A stretch of 64,000 nt of DNA from Octopus bimaculoides (taxonomy: Eukaryota), in NCBI RefSeq assembly GCF_001194135.2, contig NC_068988.1:53929123-53993122 (forward strand), given 5' to 3'. The first letter of the stretch is position 1. Every line of letters starts with the position of its first letter. Shown piece by piece: positions 12,100-25,035 of the stretch. The notes under the pieces were generated by a model that saw only the letters and a program-made list of their open reading frames with translations, was not told the DNA's origin and made no database searches. Position numbers and translations under genes: made by a program.

Positions 12100-12468
12100 A
12101 AACTTGGCTTGCGAAGACTTGTTGGGGCAAGCGAAAACAAAATCGTGATGGTATGTGTAAAGACTTTTGAGCGAGATCGTTGCCAGTGCCGCTGGACTGG
12201 CTCTCGTGCAGGTGGCACATAAAATACACCATTTTGAGCATGGCCGTTGCCAGTACCACCTGACTGACCTTCGTGCCGGTGGCACGTAAAAGCACCCACT
12301 ACACTCTCGGAGTGGTTGGCGTTAGAAAGGGCATCCAGCTGTAGAAACTTTGCCAAATCAGATTGGAGCTTGGTGTCGCCTCCTGGTCCACCAGTCCTCA
12401 GTCAAATCGTCCAACCCATGCTAGCATGGAAAGCAAACGTTAAACGATGATGATGGTGATGATGATGA
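12100..12468 (+). mobile_element. RTE 3'UTR fragment (family C) with (GAT)n tail; similar + copies at 14395-14580, 17510-17800, 32895-33132, 44105-44310, 54580-54910
   Basis: gtgccggtggcacgtaaaagcacccactacactctcggagtggttggcgttag...ccaacccatgctagcatggaaagc..acgttaaacgatgatgat. The same 3' end caps the RT-encoding copy at 34615-35715. Confidence 0.8.
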
Positions 12469-12566
12469 TTAGTAATTATAAATGTAAAAGGTTATTGATT
12501 TATAGATTCCTGATCTGACATACGCTTTTCTCTATTATATCTTATGTGCTTTTGTTTTCATTGCAG

Positions 12567-12667
12567 GTGCCATCCACATCTTAAACAATCAAAGTGTACA
12601 CAACCTGAACTCACCTTTAATTGTGGAAATGCTTGACCGTGAAGAAAATATCAACTTGCCATCTTAG
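12567..12667 (+). CDS. RAR: RAR-like terminal coding exon, helix 11 / AF-2 helix 12 (SAIHILNNQSVHNLNSPLIVEMLDREENINLPS*)
   Basis: Acceptor ttttgttttcattgCAG, phase 1 joins exon 8728-8886 in frame. PLIVEML matches the RAR AF-2 core PLIQEML. TAG stop at 12665-12667. Confidence 0.92.
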
Positions 12668-12913
12668 AAAGTTCACATGAAACCATGTTTCACCTTGTTG
12701 ACAGAAAAGATAAACACCATACATGCATATCTATACTAACATATACACACATATATACATCTGTACATATATACATACATGCATAAATATACATATACAA
12801 TACATATTTTTTCATAATAGTAGGTGTATGAAAGTTTGGTCCATGTCTGGATTTATAACATTCTATGGGCAAAAAGTTGTACTATTTTACATGTTTTGAT
12901 TTTGTCCACTTTT

Positions 12914-12923
12914 NNNNNNNNNN
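12914..12923. other. Assembly gap (10 N)
   Basis: N run. Confidence 1.
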
Positions 12924-15900
12924 GATTATTTTAGATTTGTGTTTCCTTTCCTCAGCCTCCGTTGGAGTATTTTGTTACTCCCTACACTTATTTGTGACAT
13001 ATTCAAATAATGAACAAAACAAGGCTTTACTTCAGAAAACCTTTGGCAATCTATATTATTAACAAGCACTGATTTATGTTACAATTAATTTTCAAAATAA
13101 TCAAGAATTTAAAGGAGTTTAGTTAATTAATTGTAATATACTTATTGCTATTTTAAACTTATTCGATATTCCAAGCTAGTGTTTATTGGTATGTTAAGCA
13201 AGTGTCAGTATACTGTATCTTTTGATCTTGGTATAGTTACAAGACCGCCCTTAGTTCTATTTTATTCACTAAATATATATGTTAAAAAATTCATAGTAAA
13301 ATATATTTTAATCAGGACACTAGGGCCAGGGGATTGGTGAAGTCATTAGAGCATTGGAAAAATACCTCATTGTATTCTGAGTTCAAATCCTGTCTAGATC
13401 AACTTTGCTTTTCATCTTCTTAGAGTTAATAGAATAAAGTACCAATCAATTTAGTCTCACACAAACATTTCATTAACTATCAAGCCTTGTGCCAATATTG
13501 AAAAATAATTATTTCATGAACACTAACACTGTATTCTACTTGGTAAAAGTTCAGTAATATTTTCATGAGGGCTACTGTTATAAATACACTAGTCCAAAGC
13601 CAGAAATAACAGCTAAATGTTCCTGAAATCAAACTTTGTCATCTTTAATAAAGAAAGCATATATTAGATATACCTTTAAAATACCAGGATGATGATAGGG
13701 TTAAATAAGTAATAAATAATACAATTATTCTACAACTAGATCTCTTTTGAAATTTTTGATTATTTTGAAAATGAATTGAAAGATCGTACCAGTGTGTTTT
13801 TGAGTTAGAAATATGGTTAGGAGAGTGTTAAACTTGAGTGTGATGTTTTATTTATTGGTATATTCAGTTAACTTAGAGAATAAGAGGTATTTATGTACTT
13901 GCTGGACATTTTGAATAATGAAATAATGGGATTTCAACTGAGATTTTAGTCTGAAAATCTTAGTACAAGTGTCTTTGGGCAAATCGGTATTGAAAGACAG
14001 ACAGACAGACAGATAGATAGATAGGTATATTTATGTACTGAAAGAGAGAGAAGTTCTTGAGTGCATTCTGCACAATAAGGTCCATAGTGCAATGTTAGCT
14101 TCCATAAACTTCATACAATCTCATTCTCTCTCACTTGTAGAAATGAAGGCTAAAAAGGTGGCAAGCTGGCAGAATCATTAGCACGCAAGACAAAATGCTT
14201 AGTGGGATTTCATTCGTCTTTACACTCTAAATTTAAATTCTGCTACAGTCGACTTTGCCTTACATCCTTTCAGGGTTGATAAAATAAGTACTAGTCAAGT
14301 ACTGGGGTCGATGTAATCGACCATTCCCCTCCCCTCAAAAACTACTGGCCTTCTGCCAAAATTTGAAACCATTATTACTAATCATCATTATTACGTGCGG
14401 GTGACACGTAAAAGCACCCACTACACTCTCTGAGTGGTTGGCGTTAGGAAGGGCATCCAGCTGTAGAAACTCTGCCAAATCAGACTGGAGCCTGGTGTTG
14501 CCATCCGGTTTCACCAGTCCTCAGTCAAATCGTCCAACCCATGCTAGCATGGAAAGCGGACGTTAAACGATGATGATGATAGTAGTAGTAGTGGTGGTGG
14601 TAGTGATATTATTTTCAAGGGTGTTGGCTTATCAGTAGTATTAAGTGTCTCAAGGAGAACTGGGTTAAAGATTTACATGGGTCAGGTTTACCTGCAAGCA
14701 GTTGATGAAATAAGAGTACTGGATTTGACCAATTCATTACATTTGACTTGCTTACAAAACTTGGTACAAAAGTAGGCGAAAGAAATAGTAATTATTATTG
14801 TAAAGCAGAACAATGGCACTTAATTATCTGTTTTTCTTTCAGTTCTACTTATCTTGCAAGATATTTTGTTGCATTGTTTGAACCTAAGAATAGAGAACCG
14901 CACTTAATGCAGAATCTAAGATTGTTTACCTTGCTGTGTTGCGTTATTAATTACGGTAAAACTTTCTATTGTTGCCAAGGTCAATTTGTAAGTATTTTGT
15001 TTGTCACCAACACTTGTAGAAGGGATGAATATCAGATTTCCATTTATTCTTTCCAGTATAATTTTGCTATTTATGTAAGAAATGCTGGCTGTATTATGGA
15101 AGCACGGACAATTATATCATTGGATAAAAGCATTCGAATTTGTAGATTATTTGATATAAACAAATTTATATTTGCATAATATATTGAGAAACAAAAAAAA
15201 TAGATGACCACTTTGACCAACAGTTCTTAACTGTTGCTATGGTTTTTCCACATTTTCCTTAACTCATTCGCACCTGTTCTTGCCAAGTAGTGTCCCTGTA
15301 AGGACTGTTTTTAGTATTGGGACCAGCTCCATCGAAAATGCATTGATGCATGTGTCTGATATTATTTTTTGTACCCCTCTTTTGAATGTAAATCTGTGTT
15401 CGTTGTCCCTGTTTGATCAGCAATTACTCCAACAGTATTTGCTTACTCATGAGATATGCTGACCCTGTATCTCCACTCATTGGTGACTGTAGTAAGAGGA
15501 TGACAAAACACATAAAGCTGTCTTCAATGTTGCCTACATAGTACAAACATTCCATAACTTTGTTTTTGGGTTTTGTTAGATTACCAGATGCTTTCTATTA
15601 ATCTAGTGGCTTCAACCTGTTATACAATATTTGTAAGCAGGAGTTTCTATTAATTACTATTATGGTATTGGGGTCTTTTTTTTTTAATGGGATGTTGAGA
15701 TGTCCACCCAAACATAGGGTACTAGGTGCTGTGTTTTTCCCCAATATTCTAACCCAGAACCTTTCTGATAAGGTTCCTTCTGTTGGGTACAGAGCCTTCA
15801 ATGGTGTGTCTTTCATAATCACTTACATACTTATCAACGAAACCATGGCCAAGATGACAGCAACTGAAGAAAATCTAGCACAAAGGGAAATTTGATTCCA

Positions 15901-16202
15901 CCCACTTCTCCCAAGAACACGTACACAAACACACTGATTAACAGACCCTTAAAACTACATATTGACAGATGCTCAAAGACATGCACACAGATTGATGCTA
16001 TATGCCAAAAACATATCCGGTGGATTTCATGTTAAAAAAGAAGATATCAATTACAAAACATGTGATATTATTATATAGTATTGAAGGCAGTTTTCATGGT
16101 AGCGACAGCAGAGTAGTAGCCAGTGTTAGGGTCAACTTTGACTTCCATCTATCCAGGGATTAATAAGCAAAAATATACCAGTTATTTACTGTTGTTGGTT
16201 CT

Positions 16203-16668
16203 AGGAACACTCACCATGAACATTTTTGCCGTAGGAAAACTCACTGTATAGGAAATTTTGCCTTAAGATAATTTCGCCATATAGATAATTTCAATGACAT
16301 GGCAGGCAACCTGATTTAGAGAAATTGCAGCTCTGAAAAAAAAAATTGCTTTTTATCTAAACTGTTTTTTGCTTTCTTTTTGTTCTTTGTAAATGTTATC
16401 ATATTTATATTGTATTACTTTTTATTTAAGCAGATTTTTTTTTTTTTTTTTGAAGCATTATCATCTTTTAGATTGCTTTCTTTTGCCCCCCATCCCCTGT
16501 AGCTTTACCATAGTAATATGATAGATAGGTTGGTTGAAACAATTATATCCCAAGAGAGCAATTCATCTTTTGTTTTTTTTTTGTTTTTTTTTTGGTGAAA
16601 TTGTCTTGCAGCAAAATTTCCAATGCAGTGAACTTTCCTACGGCCAAAAATCCCGAGGTGAATTTCCT
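16203..16668. repeat. Foldback: imperfect ~77-bp inverted arms (16203-16279 / 16593-16668) built from 15-17-bp subrepeats
   Basis: atttttgccgtaggaaaactcactgtataggaaattttgccttaagataatttcgcca versus the reverse complement atttttggccgtaggaaagttcactgcattggaaattttgctgcaagacaatttcacca. Confidence 0.7.
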
Positions 16669-17797
16669 GTGGCAAACTTTCTGGATACGGTTGTTGTTGA
16701 TTCAGTCAACTATATTGTCTTCCCTGCCAAAATTCTAGCCTTATTCCAATGTAGGACGAGAGTTTTACACAGTATTGTGGTGACCTTGTTAGAATTTTGA
16801 TATAATACTCCTACTAAACTGTCATTAAGCTCTGTAAACTTGACTTTCTCCTTAAACTCTAGTTGATCAAGAATGTCGTTTATACGTTAAACTTAGCTTG
16901 CTCAAAAATGTTATTAATATCCTTAAATTTGACATGGTCAAGCTTTTCATTCACTCCTCAAACTCAACAGACTCTCAATCACATCATTTAGTATTTCACA
17001 TACATTCAAAATTTGAACAACAATTCATCTACACAAGCCCCCCCCCACCCCTTTCCCCCCCTTTTTTCTTCTTCTTTTTTGACAGGCAGGGATTTTTTAA
17101 ATACATTCCCATCAACTATTACATTGTCATCAGTTATCAGCACAGCCATCACTCTCTACTTTCATGTGTGCATGTGATTTCTGGAATCTGCTTCATCTAA
17201 TAACATTTTCTCTTTTTTTTATTATTATTGTTTTTTCTATCTGAGAAGGTACAGGGGAATGGCTTTCATTTATCATTACCGTGTGTTTGGTAGTTTTTTT
17301 TTTCCTTTCTCTTCTTTCTTAATAACTAAAGAGGTTCTGCATTTGACCTGATTGTGGTGCCACCTGGAGTAAGTAGCTTGTAGTAGCTTTCTTTTCACCT
17401 ATACTTTATGAGTGGGATATAGTAGAATAAATTGTAAAAGTCCATCATTCATATACACACAGACACATATAAGTTTTGTGGAACAACTAGGAGAAATAAA
17501 ATCAGTACCAGTGGCATGTAAATAGCACCATTACCAGCATTGCCTTACTGGCACTTGGGCTGGTGGCACGTGAAAAAACATTCAAGCGAGGTTGTTGCCA
17601 GTACCACCCGACTAGCCCTTGTGCCGGTGGCACGTAAAAGCACCCACTACACTCTCGGAGTGGTTGGCATTAGGAAGGGCACCCAGCTGTAGAAACTCTG
17701 CCAAATCAGATGGGAGCCTGGTGCAGCCATCTGGTTCGCCAGTCCTCAGTCAAATCGTCCAACCCATGCTAGCATGGAAAGCAGACGATGATGATGA

Positions 17798-17863
<66 letters not shown>

Positions 17864-18419
17864 CAGCTGTAAAAGTGACTTGAGGGCCAAGAGTTTGTGC
17901 ATTGCATTTAACAAAATATACATATACACAACTGTATGAATTTTTTTCCTCTTTTCTTTCATTCCTGTATCTGGTTTCTTTCTTACCTGTTTCTTTTGCT
18001 TTTTCATTATTTTCTTCCTCTTTAATACGTAATAAGATAGTCAGAGCTGGTGGTGATAGATGCCTGAGAACTAAGAAAAATACTTTAATTGGTCAAATTC
18101 AGCAAAATCATGGTGCACACAAGGCAGGAAATCATTTCAGAAATCTGTTTTAAAACCTATTCCTTTCCTTTCTCTCTCTCTTTCTCTCTCTCCTCACATG
18201 AAATGGAAATTATTAATTCTGCAATGGATGTTAATATGCATAATACAAAGTACCTCTTTCTGCTTGTACTGGATTTGAGCCATTCATCTTTCAATACTTT
18301 AGAGTTCTATCTAGAAAGTCAGCAACTCTAGGAATATTATCTGGGGGGACTAAGTTTAGATTAGTCAAAGAGGAACTTCATGTATGGATTTTAGTAAATC
18401 TCATTGAGGAGTCAATGGG

Positions 18420-18770
18420 AAGCATGTGGTGAAAGTGAATATGATCATAGTGATGGCACTAGGATGCTAATCATAGTGACGATGGTATGGGTAGTTAGAT
18501 AGTGATGGTAGTAGTGGTAGGACATGATAGTAGATACAATGTTGAGGCTGGTGGTAGTAAAGGTGGATATGACAGTTGTGGTGGTAGGATGGTTATGATA
18601 GGAGTGGCAGCAAAGGCTGTTCTTATTGTAGTGATTGGGTTAGGGTTATTGCAGTAGTTTGATGATGTGAGGCAGGTTATAGGAATGTTGGTATTGTTAA
18701 GAGTAGTTGCTGTTGTTTTGGTGGTGGTGGTGATGATTGTTACTGTACTATCAATTGGTCGATGATGCAA
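18420..18770. repeat. Degenerate (GGT/GTA/GAT)n low-complexity tract
   Basis: Direct observation. Confidence 0.75.
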
Positions 18771-19336
18771 GTTAATTATTCATACTTCAACTGTAGTATT
18801 GATATCCTCTTCAAAACAGAGAAGTTGTTAAGGCTGTTTCTATTGTTCACAGTAAACCAACACCTGGCATCATTGTTGTCACCCATCACACCACACCACA
18901 CAGGGTGCCCTGTGTGGTTAAGCAACCTGTTAGAAAAAGATGCTATATTCTCCCAAATCACACCATACCTTTTAAGAAAGAAGAGCACATAGGATTGTAT
19001 GATCATAGCTTGAACACCTTTGGTTATAAGTCTACTCAGGCAGGACTGACCAGGACCTACAACACTACACCACATCATCTTACATAGCATTGCATAACAC
19101 TGCTCTGCACAACATTACACTATGTTACACATTACACATTACACTGCACTGTATGGTGTTTTCAGATTTTTTTTTTCAAACCTTTTTTGTCAACATTACT
19201 CAGCATTCTTTACTTATATTGCTTTTATTATTATATTTTTAATGTCAACTGTTTATTATAAATTGTCTTTTCAGTCACATGTACTTTTTAGAAGTATCTA
19301 ATTATCGAAATACATTTGCATTGTATTATTATTTCT

Positions 19337-19990
19337 AGTAAGGTGGTGAGCTAGCAGAATCGTTAGCATGCTGAACAAAACACTCAGCAGCATTTCATCC
19401 GTTTTCATGTCCTGAGTTCAAATTCCATCGAGGCTGATTTTGCCTTTCATCCTTTCAGGGTTGATGAAATAAGTACCAGTTGAGCACTGGAGTTGATGTA
19501 ATCAACTAGCCTCTCCCCCAAAATATCAGGCTTAGTGCCTATAGAAGAAAGGATTATTTTGATGATTATTATTATTATTGTTCAAATTCTGTCGAGGTCG
19601 ACTTTACCTTTCATCCTTTCGGGATCGATAAATTAAGCCCTTGTGAAACACTGGGGTCAATGTAATTGACTGGTCCCCTCCTCCAAAATTTCAGGCCTTG
19701 TGCCTATAGTAGAAAAGATTATTATTATTATGATTATTATTATTATTATTATTAAAGTGCTGGGCTGGTGGTACCGGTAATGTATTGAACAAAAGGCATA
19801 GTCACATTTCTTTCAGCTCTTTATATTTGTTCAAATACCACTGAGGTAACTTTTGCCTGTTAATCTTTCAATATCACTAAAGACCAGTCAAGAACTGGGG
19901 TCAGTGTTATCAACTTGTCCCCTCCTGCTAAAATTGCTGGCTTTGTGCCAAATTTTGAAACCATTATTATCATTATTATTATTATTTCCA
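19337..19990 (+). mobile_element. Head-to-tail array of three to four family A SINEs
   Basis: Successive copies separated by (ATT)n. Confidence 0.8.
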
Positions 19991-20223
19991 TTGGTATTAA
20001 TGTTATTATTTATTGGCATCCTCGGTGTACCATGTAAAGGATTTGGCTTCTGTTTCTAATCAAGGATATTTCATTTATGTTGCTAATGCCCACCAGGTGG
20101 AGAAAAAAACCAAAAAGCAAAGAAAAAAAGGCATAAAAGTGAAATCTATCTTATTTTGATGAATGTTAGAAACTATTATTATCTTAATGATACTTTTATT
20201 GATTACAATAATAATAATAATAA

Positions 20224-20990
20224 TATGAAGTGGTATCAAAAGGTTCCCGGACTAGTTATGTTTTATTAAAATACAACTTATTTAACCTCAGTGTTAACAA
20301 CATTTCCTTCGAAATAATCCCCTTGCACAGCAATACACTCGTCCCAGCAACCCTGCCACTTTTGGAATCTGTCGTGGAAGTTGTTTCTTGTAAGCAAGTT
20401 GAGGACTTTCTGTGATTCACTATAAATCTCGACAATGATGTTAAAATGGCGACCTTTGAGCTGCATTCTCATCTTGGGGGAAGAGCTGGAAGTTCACAGG
20501 TGTTAAATCTGGCAAACAGGGGAGAGGGTGCAGAAGTGAAACCATGTTTTTGGTGAGAAACTCAAAAGTAAAGAATCCAATTCTTTGACTTCCACAGATC
20601 CAGTCACTTTCACCGAATGTCCTCCTTCAAATGCTTCATGATGTCGCAGTAGAACTCTTGATTGATGGTCTGGCCCAATACCACATTTCCAGGGGTGATG
20701 CTTGTGGCAAGTATTCCAGATTACTCGTCATCTTCCAGGGATGTTCTGCATTTTGAAGTGCCCATGCTACTTGAAACATTGCATACAGCCCATTGCCTCA
20801 TCGCCGTAAGCTTGCCAAAGTATGGTCAATGTCTCTAGCAGACTTCAAAAGTCTAATTCAAAATTTCACGTTGGGTCTTTGTTCATGTCCATGACAAAAT
20901 TGCAGACCATAGCATATATGTGATCATAAATTTCACAACTTGTGAAGTAAACAGCAATGTCACTTGGCACATGGCCCCATGAAAATCACT
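20224..20990 (-). mobile_element. Degenerate, internally deleted mariner transposon
   Basis: Minus-strand pieces QAYGDEAMG, TSLEDDE, GQTINQEFYCDIMKHLKEDI, LPDLTPVNFQLFP, MRMQLKGRHF...FQKWQGCWDECIAVQGDYFEG. TIR-like tatgaagtggtatcaaaaggttcccggact at about 20224-20253. The other TIR was not found. Confidence 0.85.
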
Positions 20991-21477
20991 GCTAGCTCTC
21001 TCTGTGCATGCAAGTGTGAATCTCCTAGAATAAGGTTTAAATTTGGCTTCATTTCCTACGTAAAATTCATTCACATCATGACAAACTTCCAATGCCTCTG
21101 ATAATGTCTTGTGTGACACATACTTCTTCACTTCCCTCTTATAATATCATAGCTAAATTGCATCTAAGTAAAAAGAGTATTGTTTCTTTTTTAAGAGTAT
21201 ATCCTTAATAGTGGAGGCACATGGCTTAGTGGTTAGGATGTCAGCATCATGATCGTAAGATTGTGGTTTCAATTCCTGGACCGGGTGACGCGTTGTGTTC
21301 TTGAGTAAAACACTTCATTTCACATTGCCTCAGTCCACTCAGCTGGCAAAAATGAGCAATGCTGCGATGGACTGGCATCCCATCCAGCTGGAGAACACAT
21401 GCACCATTTTATTTTATATTTTATCCTTAATAAGAAATTATTATTTTGTGCCAGTACTAGAAGTTATCATTATCATT

Positions 21478-22209
21478 ATTAAGGTGGGTGAACTGGCAGA
21501 ATTGTTAGCATGCTGGGCAAAATACTTACCAGTATTTTGCCTGTTGCTATGTTCAGAGTTCAAATTCTGTTGAGATCAACTTTACCATTCATCGTTTCAG
21601 GGTTGATCGTGAAACACTGGGGTTGATGTAATTGACTCATCCCCACCCCCAAAATTGGTGCCCTTGTGGCAAAATTTGAAACTATTATTATTACTCAATG
21701 AAATAGGTACCAGTTATGCACTGGGGTTGATGTAATTGACTAGCCCCCTCCCCCAAAGTTTCAGGCCTTGTGCCTACAGTAGAAAGGATTATTATTATTC
21801 AGATGGTGAGCTGGCAGAATTGTTTGCATACTGAGGAAAAATGCTTTGTGGTATTTCATGTCGCTATGTTCTGAGTTCAAATCTCATTGTGGTTGACTGA
21901 GCTTTTCATCCTTCTGAAATTAATAAAAGAAGTACTAGTTGAGCACTGTAGCTGATATAATCAACTTAGCCCTGCCCCGAAAAATGCTGGCCTTTCATCC
22001 AAAATTCGAAACCATTGTCATTATTATTATTACTATTATTATTATTATTATTATTATTATCATTATTATTATTAAAATATCCCCCGAGGTTTACTTTGCT
22101 TTTCTTCCTTTTAGGGTTAATGAAGTAAGTACCACTTGAGCATAAGGATCAATGTGATTGACTTGCCCCTAACCTCCAAATTTCAGGCCTTGAGCCAATA
22201 TTAGAAAGA

Positions 22210-22245
<36 letters not shown>

Positions 22246-22246
22246 G
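21478..22246 (+). mobile_element. Head-to-tail array of about four to five family A SINEs
   Basis: Diverged copies each ending in (ATT)n. Confidence 0.8.
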
Positions 22247-23639
22247 CTCTTTTGGAAACTTCTCAGGAATCTGTATACACAGAAAAAAAGTTCCTTGACT
22301 TTTTATCATGTTTCTAATAATTGTTATTTAATTCTATTCATTATATGTTAAAATGCTGTGTTGAAACGTTTTTTAAATTCAACTCTAAAAGTTATGATGG
22401 CTGAAATGTTGCCACAACAATATGTCATTTATTAAAGAATTATATTATATGATGACTATGCCACAAATTATTTTTTAAAAACAAAAATGGATCGAATCCA
22501 CAAAGCAAAGCGAAGATATGGAAAAACAAACAAAAAAACATTTTGGTAGTATGTGTTATTTGATATTTCCTTGGTTTGATATTTTATAATTCATTGGTCA
22601 TTTTGGCTTTGATAACTTGTTCTAATAAACTTTTTTTTTTTTCTTTTTTTTTTTTTTGCCGTGTGTCCCATATTTAAGCTGGGTTCCTCTGTTTAGATAT
22701 TGTTATAATAATATATTAAAGAGTGGATTGGCAAAAATGGTAGAGCAGTAGACAAAATGCCTTGTAGTATTTGCTTACACCACTTTGTGTGCGAGTTCAA
22801 ATCACCCCACTGCCACTGAAGGAGACTTTAATCTTTCATCCTTCTGGAGTTAATAAAAAAAAAACGAACAAACTAATTAAGTATTTCGGGGTTACTATAA
22901 TTGACTATCCCCTGCTCTCAAATTTGTAGGCTTGTGCCTGTCTTAGTTATCATCATTGTTAAGGTTCATTACCATCAGCAGCAGCAGTGTCATTACTGTT
23001 ATTGTTATATGATATGGAGAACAGTGAAGTAGATTTCATGGTTTCATGTATACACATTTTCAGAGTTCAAATCCTTCCATGATTGATTGATTATGACTTT
23101 CAACCCCTCAAGTTCAACCCCTAAATTAATTAGCTGTAAGGTTACTTCAGCTGATTCAATGTCTTTTAGCTTTCTCATTACAAATTTAGCTTTTTTTTTT
23201 TTCCTTTCTACAAAAAAAAAAAAAAAAAAAAATTAATATTATTAGAGAGGGCAAGTAGATTGGTGCAATTGGTACAGTTGCAGATGGATTGCATTTTGTT
23301 ATTTAGTTACATCCCATTACATTTTGGGGCCAGTAAAACCAAGTAATAGCCATGTACTGAGAATAATAAAACCAACTAACCTTTACTTTTTCCTAATTTC
23401 AAGTCTTGTACTGTTTATAAGAATCATTGATATTCTTGTTACCACATTTCTATTGAAGTGCTTTTGTTTTGATTAAGTATTTAGTAAAATAATTTTGTCA
23501 TAATTAATCTGGGGGGTCTGGAACATGATAAATTAACATTTAACAACAAGTTTTGGTAGAAAGTTTTAATTTAAGTCATTTTAAAACAGGACATTTGTAT
23601 CAGCCGGGGGTGGAGGAGTCAGTCTAGGGTGGGTTGGAA

Positions 23640-25035
23640 TGAAAAAGGTTTTTATTAACAAATCCATCAAAGTGTTGGGAAAACGCTTTATTGTATTTCT
23701 TCCAGTTCTTTGCATTCAGATCAACTTTGCCTGTCCTTTCAGAATCAATAAAATAAATATCAGTCCCGTTCTAGGGTTGATGCTGTTGGCTTTGCTTTTC
23801 ATCCTTTCAGGATTGATAAAATAAGTACCAGTTAAATCTATGTAATCAAACAGTCTCACTCACCCTAAAATTGCTGGCCTCGTGCCAAAATTTGAAGGAA
23901 TTCTTATTATGGATTCCTAACAATGAAATGAAGTACTAGTGAAGTATGAGGATCACTAATTGACAATCTATTTCTCCTTTCCACTCTGTTGGCCTTGTAC
24001 TTAAATTGTTATCATTCTGACAATTGGTGCTACACTGGATGACATGCCTTACACTATATTATCCTATTTCTTTTCCTTCTCATCTTTCAACCTTCTGAAG
24101 TTGATAAAGAAAGCAGCAGTAAATATCCTGGGATGTTTATTTAATTGTGTCCTGCTCAAAACTTGTAAAATTGTGCCAATGTTAAAACTTTATTATTAAG
24201 GTGGCAAGCTGGCAGAATTGTTAGCACACCAGACGAAATATTTAGCCATAGCTACTACATTCTGAGTTCAAATTCTGCCACTGTCAACTTTACCTTTCAT
24301 CCTTCTGGGGTCGATAGATTAAGTACCAGTGAAATACTGGGGTTGATATAATCGACTTAACCCCTCCACCCAAATTTGAAGCCTTGTGCCTTCAGTAGAA
24401 AGGATTATTATTATTATTATTATTATTATTAAGGTGGTGAGCTGGCAGAATCATTAGTGTATGGGATGAAATGCTCAGCAGTATTTTCACCCATTGCCAC
24501 GTTCTGAGTTCAAATTTTGCCTTTCATCCTTTCAGGGTCGATAAATTAAGTACCAGTGAAACACTGGGGTCGATGTAATCGACTAGTCCCCTCCCCTAAA
24601 ATTTCAGGCCTTGTGCCTAGAGTAGAAAGTATCATTATTATTGTACTAGGGTAGTTCACTGGCAGAGCCATTAGAGTGCCAAACAAAATGAGTTGTGGAA
24701 TTTAATTGCATTCTGTGTTCAAATATCTATGATGTTAAGTTTATCTTTCATCCTTCTAGGGTTGAAATATCGTGTACTTGTTGAGTATTGAGTTATGGGG
24801 CAATTAAATTGACTGCACTCCTTCAATATGTTAGCATCTGTGCCACCCCCAAATTTCTGGCCCCATGTTTATGATATTTGTTCTGGCTGTTTACATTCTA
24901 AGTTCAAATCCCTCCAGGTACAATTTTGCCTGTTATTCTTTTGAGGCTGAATAAAATCATGTACCAGTGAAGTACTGGTGTTGATGCCTAAAAATTGCTG
25001 GCTTTGTGCGACAATTTTGAAACAATTATTATTGT
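23640..25035 (+). mobile_element. Head-to-tail array of about seven family A SINEs
   Basis: Copies range from near-consensus (24430-24640) to heavily decayed (24650-24900). Confidence 0.8.

Noticed and set aside
5454-12667. Assignment of the LBD to thyroid hormone receptor or EcR/LXR instead of RAR
   Set aside because: Exon sizes (205 and 159 nt), intron phases, and the DR.DL..P.RV..LQ.PLL, FPK.L.K.T.LRS and PLI.EML motifs fit RAR. As I recall, TR has different intron positions. A phylogeny is still needed.
14748-15179. 143-aa ORF as an independent protein
   Set aside because: No recognisable homology, starts at a TTG, and reads through intron-like pyrimidine tracts.
19337-25035. CRISPR-like appearance of repeated units with spacers
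   Set aside because: The units are ~200-bp eukaryotic SINEs separated by microsatellite tails; there are no cas genes and no fixed-length spacers.
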